From the IMG/VR virus record IMGVR_UViG_3300037244_000010, positions 1 through 59,367 of that record: a stretch of 59,367 nt of DNA; one strand, given 5' to 3'. The notes under the pieces were generated by a model, which made no database searches, had not been told where the DNA came from, and saw nothing but the letters and a program-made list of their open reading frames with translations. This document shows, one piece after another, positions 7,344-15,222 of the stretch. Source of the DNA: a virus. Its lineage: Duplodnaviria > Caudoviricetes. Made by a program: the position numbers and the translations under genes. How positions within the stretch are numbered: the first letter of the stretch is position 1; every line of letters starts with the position of its first letter.

Positions 7344-9008
7344 ATGGCCTTGTGGGACGAACCGACAGAGATCAACGACGATACAGTGTTTGGTAAACGG
7401 CTGAACGACAAGGCATTGCAGAAGATGCCGGACGCTACAGGCGGCTCGATGACGCTCCTGAATCCGCGGTATGGACTCTTGAGCGCAAGGAATCGCGGTG
7501 GTGCCCGGCCTACTCTGCCAGTTCGGGACCCTGAAAACGACCGTCCTGGCCCTGATGACCGCCTCCTTCCCTCCGACTTCATCCCCGACGTAGACGAAGA
7601 GCGCAACCGCTTCAGCCCTTACCAGCCCGTAGCGCCGTTCGGCCCCCCGTCTATCGTGGACGCTCGCGAGTGGGACTACCCTACCGGCTACAACCTTGAG
7701 ATCGTCAACCGGCATATCGTCTTGGGTGAGATGCTACGGGGCATCGTCCGGGGCTCGGGAATCATCGCCAATGAGTTGAGCGCGCGCGTCGATGAGCTGG
7801 TGAGTCTGCCGTGGAAGTTCGTCCTGAAGAACCCGGCCAAGGGCGTGAAGTCTGAGGATGACCCGCGCATCAAAGAGCTGAACGCCTTCTTCAAGATGCC
7901 TGACCGGAAGGTACCCTACCCGCAGTGGATGGAGATGATCTTTCGCGAGCGGTACACCATTGACGCCGCCACGGTCTTCATCTGGAAGAATCGGGCTGGG
8001 ACGAAGCCCTACGCGCTGGAATGTATTGACGGGAATACCATCGTTCCAAAAGTGGACGACCGCGGTCGCATCCCTGACTGGCCCTCCCTGGCCTATGTCC
8101 AGATCGTAAAGGGCCTCCCGATGGACAACTTTACCGAGCGGGAGATCGTCTACATGCCCCGGCATCGGTGGGCTCAGAATCCAATCTTCGGATACTCCGA
8201 GGTTGAGCAGATCCTGATGGAGGCTACCCAGCAGGTTCGCAAGACGATGTACATGCTCAACTTCTGGAACGAGGGAACCTGTCCTGATGTGATGGTGTGC
8301 TGCCCGGAGAACTGGACTGCTGAGCAGATTGCGCTATGGCAAGGAACGTTCGACGCACTGATGAGCGGGAATCTCAAGCTCAAGTCCAAGATGCGGTTCA
8401 TCCCTGGCGGTGGAAAGCCTTTCGAAATGAAGGGTTCGGCCGGCGACCTGCTCAAGTCGGAATACGACGAGTGGATGGCCCGCATCGTTTGCCGCGCCTT
8501 CAGGACCGACCCAAAGCCCTACATCAAAGAGCCTGAGCCGCGGGCGAACTCCGAGCAGCTTCAGGAGCAGATGCGCGCTCAAGGGCTCAACGGAGAGATG
8601 CTTTGGTGGTCGAGCCTGATGGAGCGCCTTATTTTTCTCGGATGGGGATGGGATGACATCGGCCACGCGTTCGACCAGAATGAGGAAGTGGCGGCAACCG
8701 ACCAAGCCACCATCGACACCGACAATACATCTCTCGGCGCCAGAACGATTAACGAACTACGGGACCGCGACGGCTTGGACGCGGTAGAGGGCGGCGACGT
8801 GCCGATGGTCAAGACGGGCACCGGATGGATGCCGCTGGCGGTCCTGGCGGCGCAGACCGCACTGCCTACACCAGTTGCACCGGGCGGCACCGGCGGGGCG
8901 TCAGGACCCGGAAAGAGTACCAGTAAGCCCACTCCCACGCAAAAGGAGGCCGGGACGGAAGCCGGCAACCCTTTAGCAAAGCGGGGAAGTCACTGGAGCA
9001 GTTACTAG
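7344..9008 (+). CDS. Portal protein
   Basis: Follows terL; HK97-like portal motifs (IDGNTI, YVQIV.G, GYSEVE, RTINELRDRDGLDAVEGGD). Confidence 0.9.
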   Translation: MALWDEPTEINDDTVFGKRLNDKALQKMPDATGGSMTLLNPRYGLLSARNRGGARPTLPVRDPENDRPGPDDRLLPSDFIPDVDEERNRFSPYQPVAPFGPPSIVDAREWDYPTGYNLEIVNRHIVLGEMLRGIVRGSGIIANELSARVDELVSLPWKFVLKNPAKGVKSEDDPRIKELNAFFKMPDRKVPYPQWMEMIFRERYTIDAATVFIWKNRAGTKPYALECIDGNTIVPKVDDRGRIPDWPSLAYVQIVKGLPMDNFTEREIVYMPRHRWAQNPIFGYSEVEQILMEATQQVRKTMYMLNFWNEGTCPDVMVCCPENWTAEQIALWQGTFDALMSGNLKLKSKMRFIPGGGKPFEMKGSAGDLLKSEYDEWMARIVCRAFRTDPKPYIKEPEPRANSEQLQEQMRAQGLNGEMLWWSSLMERLIFLGWGWDDIGHAFDQNEEVAATDQATIDTDNTSLGARTINELRDRDGLDAVEGGDVPMVKTGTGWMPLAVLAAQTALPTPVAPGGTGGASGPGKSTSKPTPTQKEAGTEAGNPLAKRGSHWSSY

Positions 9009-9733
9009 CGGCCTACCTCAAGCGCAAAGGAAAAGAGGCGGCAGCAGGACTCACCGTCGAGAAACTGGCGAAGGCTGCGAAGAAGAAGCCAGAAGATCAG
9101 GACACGATAGACGTCGTGGTGGACTGGGGCGACCTGATCCCGGAGGTGACGCCTTATCTTGAAACCGATGCGGTAGCTGGCGCCACAGAGTTCTTGACCG
9201 ACCGCGGCATTGTTGAAGACTCGGACATGTGGACCAAAGTCTTAGACCAGGCGCGGCAGATGGCTCGTGAGCGCGGCGCGGAACTGGTGGGCAAGCGCAT
9301 CACAGACAAGGGCGAGATTGTTGATAATCCTGATGCCCGCTACGCCATCACAGAGACGACGCGCGAAAACCTGAGAGAGTTGATAAGCAAGTCAGTCGAT
9401 GAAGGATGGACGACGACAGAACTTCAGCACAACATCTTACAGAGCGAGGACTTCAGCGCAGCTCGGGCTCTGACCATCAGCAGGACCGAAAGCATGTACG
9501 CCTACAACCACGGCAAGCATGAGGCGGCTAAAGGCACAGGGCAGAAGTTCAAGCAGAGTTTCCCTGGCGAGGGGTGCTGTGAAGAGTGCGAAGAAAATGC
9601 AGATGCGGGTCTCATCCCTATCGACGAGGATTTCCCGTCTGGAGATGACTGCCCCCCATTTCATCCTGCGTGTAGGGACGGTATCGGCTATTCTGAAGCG
9701 AAGGACGATAGCGAATCAGAGGGAGAGGAATAG
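8969..9733 (+). CDS. Minor head protein (SPP1 gp7/Mu gpF-like), probably entered by -1 frameshift from the portal
   Basis: RALTISRTE, CCEEC..N, PPFHPACR motifs. Frame open from 8927; first GTG only at 9116; slippery C_CCT_TTA at 8969-8975. Confidence 0.8.
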   Translation, partial: PFSKAGKSLEQLLAAYLKRKGKEAAAGLTVEKLAKAAKKKPEDQDTIDVVVDWGDLIPEVTPYLETDAVAGATEFLTDRGIVEDSDMWTKVLDQARQMARERGAELVGKRITDKGEIVDNPDARYAITETTRENLRELISKSVDEGWTTTELQHNILQSEDFSAARALTISRTESMYAYNHGKHEAAKGTGQKFKQSFPGEGCCEECEENADAGLIPIDEDFPSGDDCPPFHPACRDGIGYSEAKDDSESEGEE

Positions 9734-9928
9734 ATGGCGGCAACGGGACGCATAAGAATTGACGAGGAGTCAGCCTTGAAGTCTATGCCGGTGACGGCTG
9801 AGGCTATCCTGCGCTCTGCCCATGCCCTAAGGCCGATTCTTCCTGAAAAGTTCTACGGCCGGTTCATCCTGATATTCGAGGACGGCCGGCCGATTCGTTG
9901 GGAGACTCTTCAGAGCGGGAAGCTATAG
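9734..9928 (+). CDS. Small protein, DUF2292/YezD-like by eye; candidate late regulator
   Basis: GAGGA RBS; C-terminal FYGRFILIFEDGRPIRWETLQSGK beta-hairpin-like pattern. Confidence 0.6.
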   Translation: MAATGRIRIDEESALKSMPVTAEAILRSAHALRPILPEKFYGRFILIFEDGRPIRWETLQSGKL

Positions 9929-10102
9929 AGGGTTTGCTTTGCGGATGAGGTCCAATATTGCGCAAGCCTTTTCTACGTGTTCACGGTCAAGCGCATCAGT
10001 CGGCTGACTAATGGTGAGGCCATAGCGGAGCGCTATGAACAGGTCAGCGTGCGCATCTTCGATGGCTTGCCGCGTGTTGATTGGTTTCAAGTCTAGTTCC
10101 AT
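9923..10102 (-). CDS. Hypothetical protein
   Basis: AAGGA RBS before MELDLKPIN. Confidence 0.6.
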   Translation of the reverse strand: MELDLKPINTRQAIEDAHADLFIALRYGLTISQPTDALDREHVEKACAILDLIRKANPL

Positions 10103-10170
10103 GTTTTCCTTTCCTGTGCCCGGCCTGCGATTACCGCTTACGGTAAGGACCGCGCGGCGGAGGTTAAAGG

Positions 10171-10494
10171 TTACAGAGCAAAAACGCATCCGGTCATAAT
10201 GGCGCACTCTATATCTGTGACCGTCACGGGGTCCGTCGTATCCAGGAGCTTCTCGCGGACAGCTCTTGCCGCCTCGCGGGCTGCGAGTTGCTGGTAGAGA
10301 TAGCAGACGGCCTGCTCAAGAGTGTCTCCAAAAGCGTAATTGTTGAGAGTGTTGCCTGCAAAAATCATCCCGGCTGAGTAGCGCAACGGCTTACCGTTGC
10401 GGCTCTTGCTGGACTCATAGCGCACTGTGACCGCGCCCATTGTGCCATTGATAACCACTTCCTGCCCTGCATTGAGTTGCTCGTGGATTGTCAT
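10171..10494 (-). CDS. Hypothetical protein
   Basis: TAAGGAG RBS and own promoter. Confidence 0.7.
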   Translation of the reverse strand: MTIHEQLNAGQEVVINGTMGAVTVRYESSKSRNGKPLRYSAGMIFAGNTLNNYAFGDTLEQAVCYLYQQLAAREAARAVREKLLDTTDPVTVTDIECAIMTGCVFAL

Positions 10495-10526
10495 TTTTGC
10501 TGCTCCTTATGCGGTTGATTGCCAAC

Positions 10527-10636
10527 AACCGTTTAGTTGATAAACCGAGAATAGCACCCCCACTGCGCATGTCAACAGAAAAGTTTAATAAGCGCATAAT
10601 ATTTATGTTGATAAACCCGGCGAGTGGTGGTTTAAT
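10527..10636. promoter_or_regulatory. Divergent sigma70 promoter pair of the accessory block
   Basis: Leftward TTGACA-16-TATTCT (10575-10548); rightward TTGATA-17-TTTAAT (10608-10636); AT-rich island with several TTRATAA boxes. Confidence 0.65.
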
Positions 10637-10664
10637 AATCCTGTTCACAGAAAGGGGTCTTGAG

Positions 10665-10940
10665 ATGACCGAAACAGAACGGATCACGAACGAAGTCATG
10701 AGCAATTGCGGATTCGATGCCAAGGGGCGTTATCACGCTCCCGAATATCCACATGCCAACGTCCTCGGCGAAGGGCCGAACGTAAGCGAGTTGCGGAACG
10801 ACGACGGCATTGCTTTCTTCACTGGCATCCGCAACGCGCTGGCCTTTGAGGTCCTGGCAGGACTCGCAATCTGGGGCTTGTGGGAGTTGCATTACCCCAT
10901 CATGGTCCTGGCCCACTGGCTGGTGGCCCATGCACGTTAA
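10665..10940 (+). CDS. Hypothetical membrane protein
   Basis: Hydrophobic C-terminal half; AAAGGGG RBS. Confidence 0.6.
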   Translation: MTETERITNEVMSNCGFDAKGRYHAPEYPHANVLGEGPNVSELRNDDGIAFFTGIRNALAFEVLAGLAIWGLWELHYPIMVLAHWLVAHAR

Positions 10941-11178
10941 CCTCCGCAACGCCTACCTGTGCGCTGATTGTGACGCAATCGGCGACTCGCCAGTGCAGTG
11001 CCCGGCTTGTGCGAGCCGGTTGGGCATCCTGCCTCTGATAACCGTCCTCAACAGGACCCAGAAGGCCACGTTGGTTCCAAAGGACCTCACCCACATGGAA
11101 GTGTTCGGAGTGGATGGAATAACTTGGAGTGGCTATGCAAGCCACCGCAGCGCTGCATTGGCAGCCTCAAAGGAGTAG
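10930..11178 (+). CDS. Zn-ribbon hypothetical protein
   Basis: CADC...CPAC. Confidence 0.65.
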   Translation: MHVNLRNAYLCADCDAIGDSPVQCPACASRLGILPLITVLNRTQKATLVPKDLTHMEVFGVDGITWSGYASHRSAALAASKE

Positions 11179-11180
11179 AC

Positions 11181-11402
11181 ATGTACCAAACCGACAGACA
11201 ACGGGACGCCGAAGCAATTGTGAGGATTCTGCACGAGGTGACAGACGATGACCGTTCAGTAGAGGGATATTGCTACTTGTGTGGGGAAATAACCCCAGAT
11301 GACCCTCCAGAAGTGCATGGAGAATCTTGCCCTTTTGGCATGGCAGACGAGTTCATCGCCAAGTACGGGACTCACCCGCCGGCAGAACCGAGGCGCGTAT
11401 GA
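11181..11402 (+). CDS. Hypothetical protein (CxxC..H..C)
   Basis: AAGGAG RBS; MYQTDRQRD. Confidence 0.65.
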   Translation: MYQTDRQRDAEAIVRILHEVTDDDRSVEGYCYLCGEITPDDPPEVHGESCPFGMADEFIAKYGTHPPAEPRRV

Positions 11403-11575
11403 AGTCTAAAAAAACAGATAGAGGACTTGATGCGACCTTTCACCCCACTGCGGTTTCTCCAGATGGTCAGATTGGGAGCTTAGTCCTAACATTGGGAGGA
11501 GATCGCATTGAGATGACTTATGCTCAAGCGCGGGCTTTGGTGGCGGCAATCATCATGAAAGTAGGACTCGCGTGA
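11399..11575 (+). CDS. Hypothetical protein
   Basis: Translationally coupled in a chain of small ORFs. Confidence 0.5.
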   Translation: MKSKKTDRGLDATFHPTAVSPDGQIGSLVLTLGGDRIEMTYAQARALVAAIIMKVGLA

Positions 11576-11742
11576 CGCTCCCCGAGATGATCGACGAGGT
11601 CTACGAGAAAACCCACGTTCCGATGATCGAGGTCCTGAACTTGATTGAGGACAACTGGCCGGGACACGAGACGTTCACCCCAACCCAATGCAACCTGCTC
11701 GTAAGCCTGATCGGCAGGAAGAAACAGGAGATGCAATCTTGA
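11572..11742 (+). CDS. Hypothetical protein
   Basis: Manual translation MTLPEMIDEVYEKTHVPMIEVLNLIEDNWPG...; coupled on both sides. Confidence 0.55.
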   Translation: MTLPEMIDEVYEKTHVPMIEVLNLIEDNWPGHETFTPTQCNLLVSLIGRKKQEMQS

Positions 11743-11921
11743 AATACATCGTCCAAATTAAGAGCGAAGATGGCAAGCGCTATCAATCCACAATATGGAC
11801 TGACCCTTTCGGAGAGAAGCCAACTCCCGTCTCAAAGCGGCGCGCAGGAGAGGCGCTGGCATGTGCCCATCAGCTCTATCCTGCCGAGACTTATCGCATT
11901 CATCCCGTGGAGGCGAAATGA
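11739..11921 (+). CDS. Hypothetical protein
   Basis: AGGAG RBS then TTG; coupled. Confidence 0.55.
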   Translation: MKYIVQIKSEDGKRYQSTIWTDPFGEKPTPVSKRRAGEALACAHQLYPAETYRIHPVEAK

Positions 11922-12451
11922 CCACCATCTACAGTGAACTGCTGGCAGCGGCCGGCACTGAGTTCTTACCCCAGGCCGAGGGCGAGCCTGACGGCCACTA
12001 CCTGCGGCGCCTTGTGCTGGCCGTGTCGAAGGCGTCAGATAGCGACTGGGAGCGCCTGAGCAAAGATGCACAGGACTGGTACAACGCCCAGGCAAAGCGC
12101 GTGAAGGCGCATCAGAATTCCGAGTATTGCCCAGGATTCATCAACCCCATCGTCGATGCCGTGGTGGATGCTGGCTGGCCCGCGGACGCACCCGCGCAAG
12201 CCGATGCCGCTATTGGCCCGGTTCCTGTCGGAGATCAGGACTCACCGCACGCTCTGAGCCCCAAGCACACCGCAACGGATGCCGTCCGCGCGCTGGTGAT
12301 GCTCCACACCGACTGGAACCAAGCGCAGATCATGCGCGAACTGGAAAGCCAAGGGCGCGTGGTCAGCATCGGGACCATCGCCACGGTGCGCAGCATGACC
12401 CTGGCGACCATCGCTGTAGCGAAGGGACTGGGAAAGTGGGTGGAGGGATGA
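11918..12451 (+). CDS. Hypothetical protein, possible C-terminal HTH
   Basis: GGAGG RBS; WNQAQIMRELESQGRVVSIGTIATVR. Confidence 0.65.
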   Translation: MTTIYSELLAAAGTEFLPQAEGEPDGHYLRRLVLAVSKASDSDWERLSKDAQDWYNAQAKRVKAHQNSEYCPGFINPIVDAVVDAGWPADAPAQADAAIGPVPVGDQDSPHALSPKHTATDAVRALVMLHTDWNQAQIMRELESQGRVVSIGTIATVRSMTLATIAVAKGLGKWVEG

Positions 12452-12816
12452 GAAAGATTCACGACATAGAACTTGACGGGTATACGGGTCCTGATGGCAA
12501 GTTCCACGCTACCGGCGTATCGCTCGTGGAGAATTCACGGGACCCGCACACTGGCATCTTTGTCGATGATGGCGTGTCTCCAACTATCCTGCGGCACGAC
12601 TTCCTCGCATGGGTTCCAGACAATTTACTTCGTCAGTGGAAACTCGTAGTCGAACCTGAGCGCAAGGAGATTGTAGCCACAGTGACGGCGGAAGCGATAA
12701 ACGCTCGCGTCGGTATTGACAGGATCAGTGAGCGCATCGAATTGCAACTCAGCAAGATATTCGCTCGCGTCCCGTCTCTGACTAAAGCTATCGAGCATCA
12801 CTGGAAGCCGCTATGA
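12448..12816 (+). CDS. Hypothetical protein
   Basis: Coupled ORF MRKIHDIELDG. Confidence 0.6.
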   Translation: MRKIHDIELDGYTGPDGKFHATGVSLVENSRDPHTGIFVDDGVSPTILRHDFLAWVPDNLLRQWKLVVEPERKEIVATVTAEAINARVGIDRISERIELQLSKIFARVPSLTKAIEHHWKPL

Positions 12817-13101
12817 GCATCCCACGTCTACCGGGCCGTATGCGCTTTGCACGCGGTCCTCGTCACGTCTTGCGAGTCCTGAAGTACATGCAGAGGATTG
12901 CGCGGGCACTCAACAAACAGAAAGCGAGGTCGAAATGAGCAAAGAAATCATTGAAGCAGGCTGGGCGCTGGTTTTAGGTTTTATTCTCAGCAATCCGCTA
13001 TGGTGGTTTTACTACTGGACTAATCAGAAAATGCGGATAGCCAAATGGGAGCGCGACAAAACAGTGAGGGCTATTCGCCTTGAAATGATGAGGTCAAAAC
13101 G

Positions 13102-13509
13102 ATGAGCAATACACCATGGGATACATTTCACGGCCCAACGTGCAAAGGATGCTATGCTCTCGGCACAGCGTGCGGTCATTGCGATAAATGCAAATGGGAG
13201 TGCGAACAATTGGGAATAGGCGCTAATCCTGATTGCACTGTTGAAGTAGTCGCCGCAACTCCAAAGCCTCCTATTCATCCCGTTGAGGTGCGCATCTCTA
13301 TCGGAGGCGATGATTGGCAGTATGTGCGTGGAGTCTTGAGTGAGTTGGCGGCAGAAGCTGGATGGCGTGATGCTGATTCATTCCATATGATGAGCGGTGG
13401 CGCTGGAGGTAGCTATTCGGCAACCGTGGCAAAGCGTAATGTGACTCCCGAACAGTTCCGCAAAGAGTTAGATGACTGGTTCACTGCGGAGAAAGCGAAG
13501 GCGAAATGA
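13102..13509 (+). CDS. Hypothetical protein with Cys-rich N-terminus
   Basis: CKGCYALGTACGHCDKC motif; GAGGT RBS. Confidence 0.65.
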   Translation: MSNTPWDTFHGPTCKGCYALGTACGHCDKCKWECEQLGIGANPDCTVEVVAATPKPPIHPVEVRISIGGDDWQYVRGVLSELAAEAGWRDADSFHMMSGGAGGSYSATVAKRNVTPEQFRKELDDWFTAEKAKAK

Positions 13510-13832
13510 AGGCAGCAATCAATGGATCAGTCCCGATGAAGAAACTCACCATCAAGATGTTTGCACCCGGCAACAGGACCCACAAGACCGTCATCCTGGC
13601 AGCCGGCAAAGGCAAAGTGTTCAAGCCCGGAGGCGAGTTCGACGTGCTGTCCAACGTGGCCGACTCACTGGAAACGCAGTTCCCTAACGACGAGTTCCGC
13701 ATGGTCCAGGTTGGCCCGGCGGCGTTCAATTTCGTATGGGAGCGCAAGAAGACGCTCGAAGAGGTAGCCGATAGGGTGATGATCGGCGGGATGCACCTGG
13801 GCGAAGTGGCAACTGTGGAGGTGGGCCAATGA
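13506..13832 (+). CDS. Hypothetical protein
   Basis: Coupled ORF with genome-typical codon usage. Confidence 0.65.
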   Translation: MKAAINGSVPMKKLTIKMFAPGNRTHKTVILAAGKGKVFKPGGEFDVLSNVADSLETQFPNDEFRMVQVGPAAFNFVWERKKTLEEVADRVMIGGMHLGEVATVEVGQ

Positions 13833-14035
13833 AACAGGTAATTATCCTTTTAGCGCTCGCGTGCGTGATGTGGTTCTTGGCTGCGATGATTCATCCGGTC
13901 CCGACTAGCGTTCATTCGCATCCAAACACTTGGGATGGAATTGAGGGACATCCAGATTGCACAGACAACGGGCATCCTTCACCAACAGAGTCCGGCGTCA
14001 CCATCAGCGACCAGTACACGGATGCTTGCAGATGA
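13829..14035 (+). CDS. Small protein with N-terminal signal/TM segment
   Basis: MKQVIILLALACVMWFLAAMI. Confidence 0.55.
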   Translation: MKQVIILLALACVMWFLAAMIHPVPTSVHSHPNTWDGIEGHPDCTDNGHPSPTESGVTISDQYTDACR

Positions 14036-14086
14036 GCGGTGGAGGCTGGCAAACAGAAAAGAAGCTCGGACTATGGAGGTAGCACC

Positions 14087-14485
14087 TTGGAATATGAAGC
14101 AGTGGTTTTGATTGCAGACGGTACGGTGGATCAGGAAAACGACTCAATCTCAATCGAGAATGTGTCCTTTACGAATCCTGTCCGTGTCGTCAAAGACTTC
14201 GGCATCAAACGGTCTATCGGCAAAGCTGTCCTCTCGGTAAAAGGGAAGACTCTCGTAGCCAAGATCAGCATCCCGTTTGCTGACGAGATGAATCATGGCC
14301 CGTTCAAGGATTACATTCCGTCCATCGGCGGTGGCTGTGATCCGGTCAAGCCTGATGGCAATAAGGTCAGGACTATCACGAATCTGCGCATCTATGAGAT
14401 TGCGCTCACCGAGAAGCCCAACAGCGACCCGCGCATCAAGTCGCTTGTCGAGCAGTTCAGGACTCAACGCGTAGAATCTCGTTAG
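14087..14485 (+). CDS. Prohead-protease-like paralog, apparently lacking the catalytic His
   Basis: GGAGGT RBS then TTG; aligns by eye with the N-domain of 15223..16857 (DQENDSI, SIGG, YEIALTEKPNSDPRI). Confidence 0.6.
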   Translation: MEYEAVVLIADGTVDQENDSISIENVSFTNPVRVVKDFGIKRSIGKAVLSVKGKTLVAKISIPFADEMNHGPFKDYIPSIGGGCDPVKPDGNKVRTITNLRIYEIALTEKPNSDPRIKSLVEQFRTQRVESR

Positions 14486-14527
14486 ACCGGTGGTACCGGC
14501 GACCTCCTTGGAACACATGGTCCTCCT

Positions 14528-14562
14528 GCCCGGCATCCTGCGAAGATGTCGGGCTCTTTTTT
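14528..14562 (+). terminator. Intrinsic terminator
   Basis: gcccggcatc-loop-gatgtcgggc followed by tctttttt. Confidence 0.75.
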
Positions 14563-14617
14563 GCGCTATACTCCTGTCAGTCAGTTCATCGACTACTTAC
14601 CTACGCAGGAGAAAATC

Positions 14618-15109
14618 ATGAGTCCTATCACCTTTCGCAACTCGAAGATCGTCTACTACGGCCCTCACGAGTGTCCCAACTGCGGTGTCCTGATTGTCAA
14701 GATGGGCACAGAGTTCGGCGGCACCGCGTTCACCAATCCCGAAGGCCCCATCTACCCCAACACTGAATGGCATCCGCATGTGTGCGACCCGGCGCTTGTC
14801 AGGACCCGAAAGGGATTCTCCGCGCAGTCCAGGGTTCTGATTGACTTCCCCCAAGCCTTCGCCGGCAAGATCGGCCAGCTTGGATATGTGATCTTCGGAG
14901 AACCCATCAATCCGAACGTTCAAGGCGGAAGCTACCTATGCGTGAGTACCAACCAGAACTTTTCCGATACTGCGGAGGGTGCATGGCTGGGAGCATTGGA
15001 GCGCATTGAAAAGGGATGGCCGTCCTGGCATATTGATCTCGGCCACTACAATCCCACGTCACGGTTCGGCGACGACCTCGACCGCCTGCCAGAATGCCCT
15101 GAACCATAG
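14618..15109 (+). CDS. Hypothetical protein (CxxC..HxC), own TATACT promoter
   Basis: AGGAG RBS; CPNC, WHPHVC. Confidence 0.7.
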   Translation: MSPITFRNSKIVYYGPHECPNCGVLIVKMGTEFGGTAFTNPEGPIYPNTEWHPHVCDPALVRTRKGFSAQSRVLIDFPQAFAGKIGQLGYVIFGEPINPNVQGGSYLCVSTNQNFSDTAEGAWLGALERIEKGWPSWHIDLGHYNPTSRFGDDLDRLPECPEP

Positions 15110-15120
15110 CCCCTCGGTGC

Positions 15121-15205
15121 TGTGGTAATATCTCAATCGACGGGTACAGAAACAATCTGGCTCGGACGTGACGGCTTATCAAAGCTCAATCGTCCGGGCC
15201 TTTTT
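15121..15205 (+). promoter_or_regulatory. Late leader element A (promoter + antiterminator/terminator switch)
   Basis: TGgTAATAT-7nt-GACGGGTAC-hairpin-terminator GGCTCGGAC/GTCCGGGCC-TTTTT; two further copies at 23545 and 39951. Confidence 0.8.
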
Positions 15206-15222
15206 GCGTTTACAGGAGCCAG

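Noticed and set aside
10589-10613. dif-like XerCD site (GCGCATAA..TTATGTT)
   Set aside because: Arms resemble E. coli dif but are only 3 bp apart instead of 6, and the sequence overlaps promoter elements.
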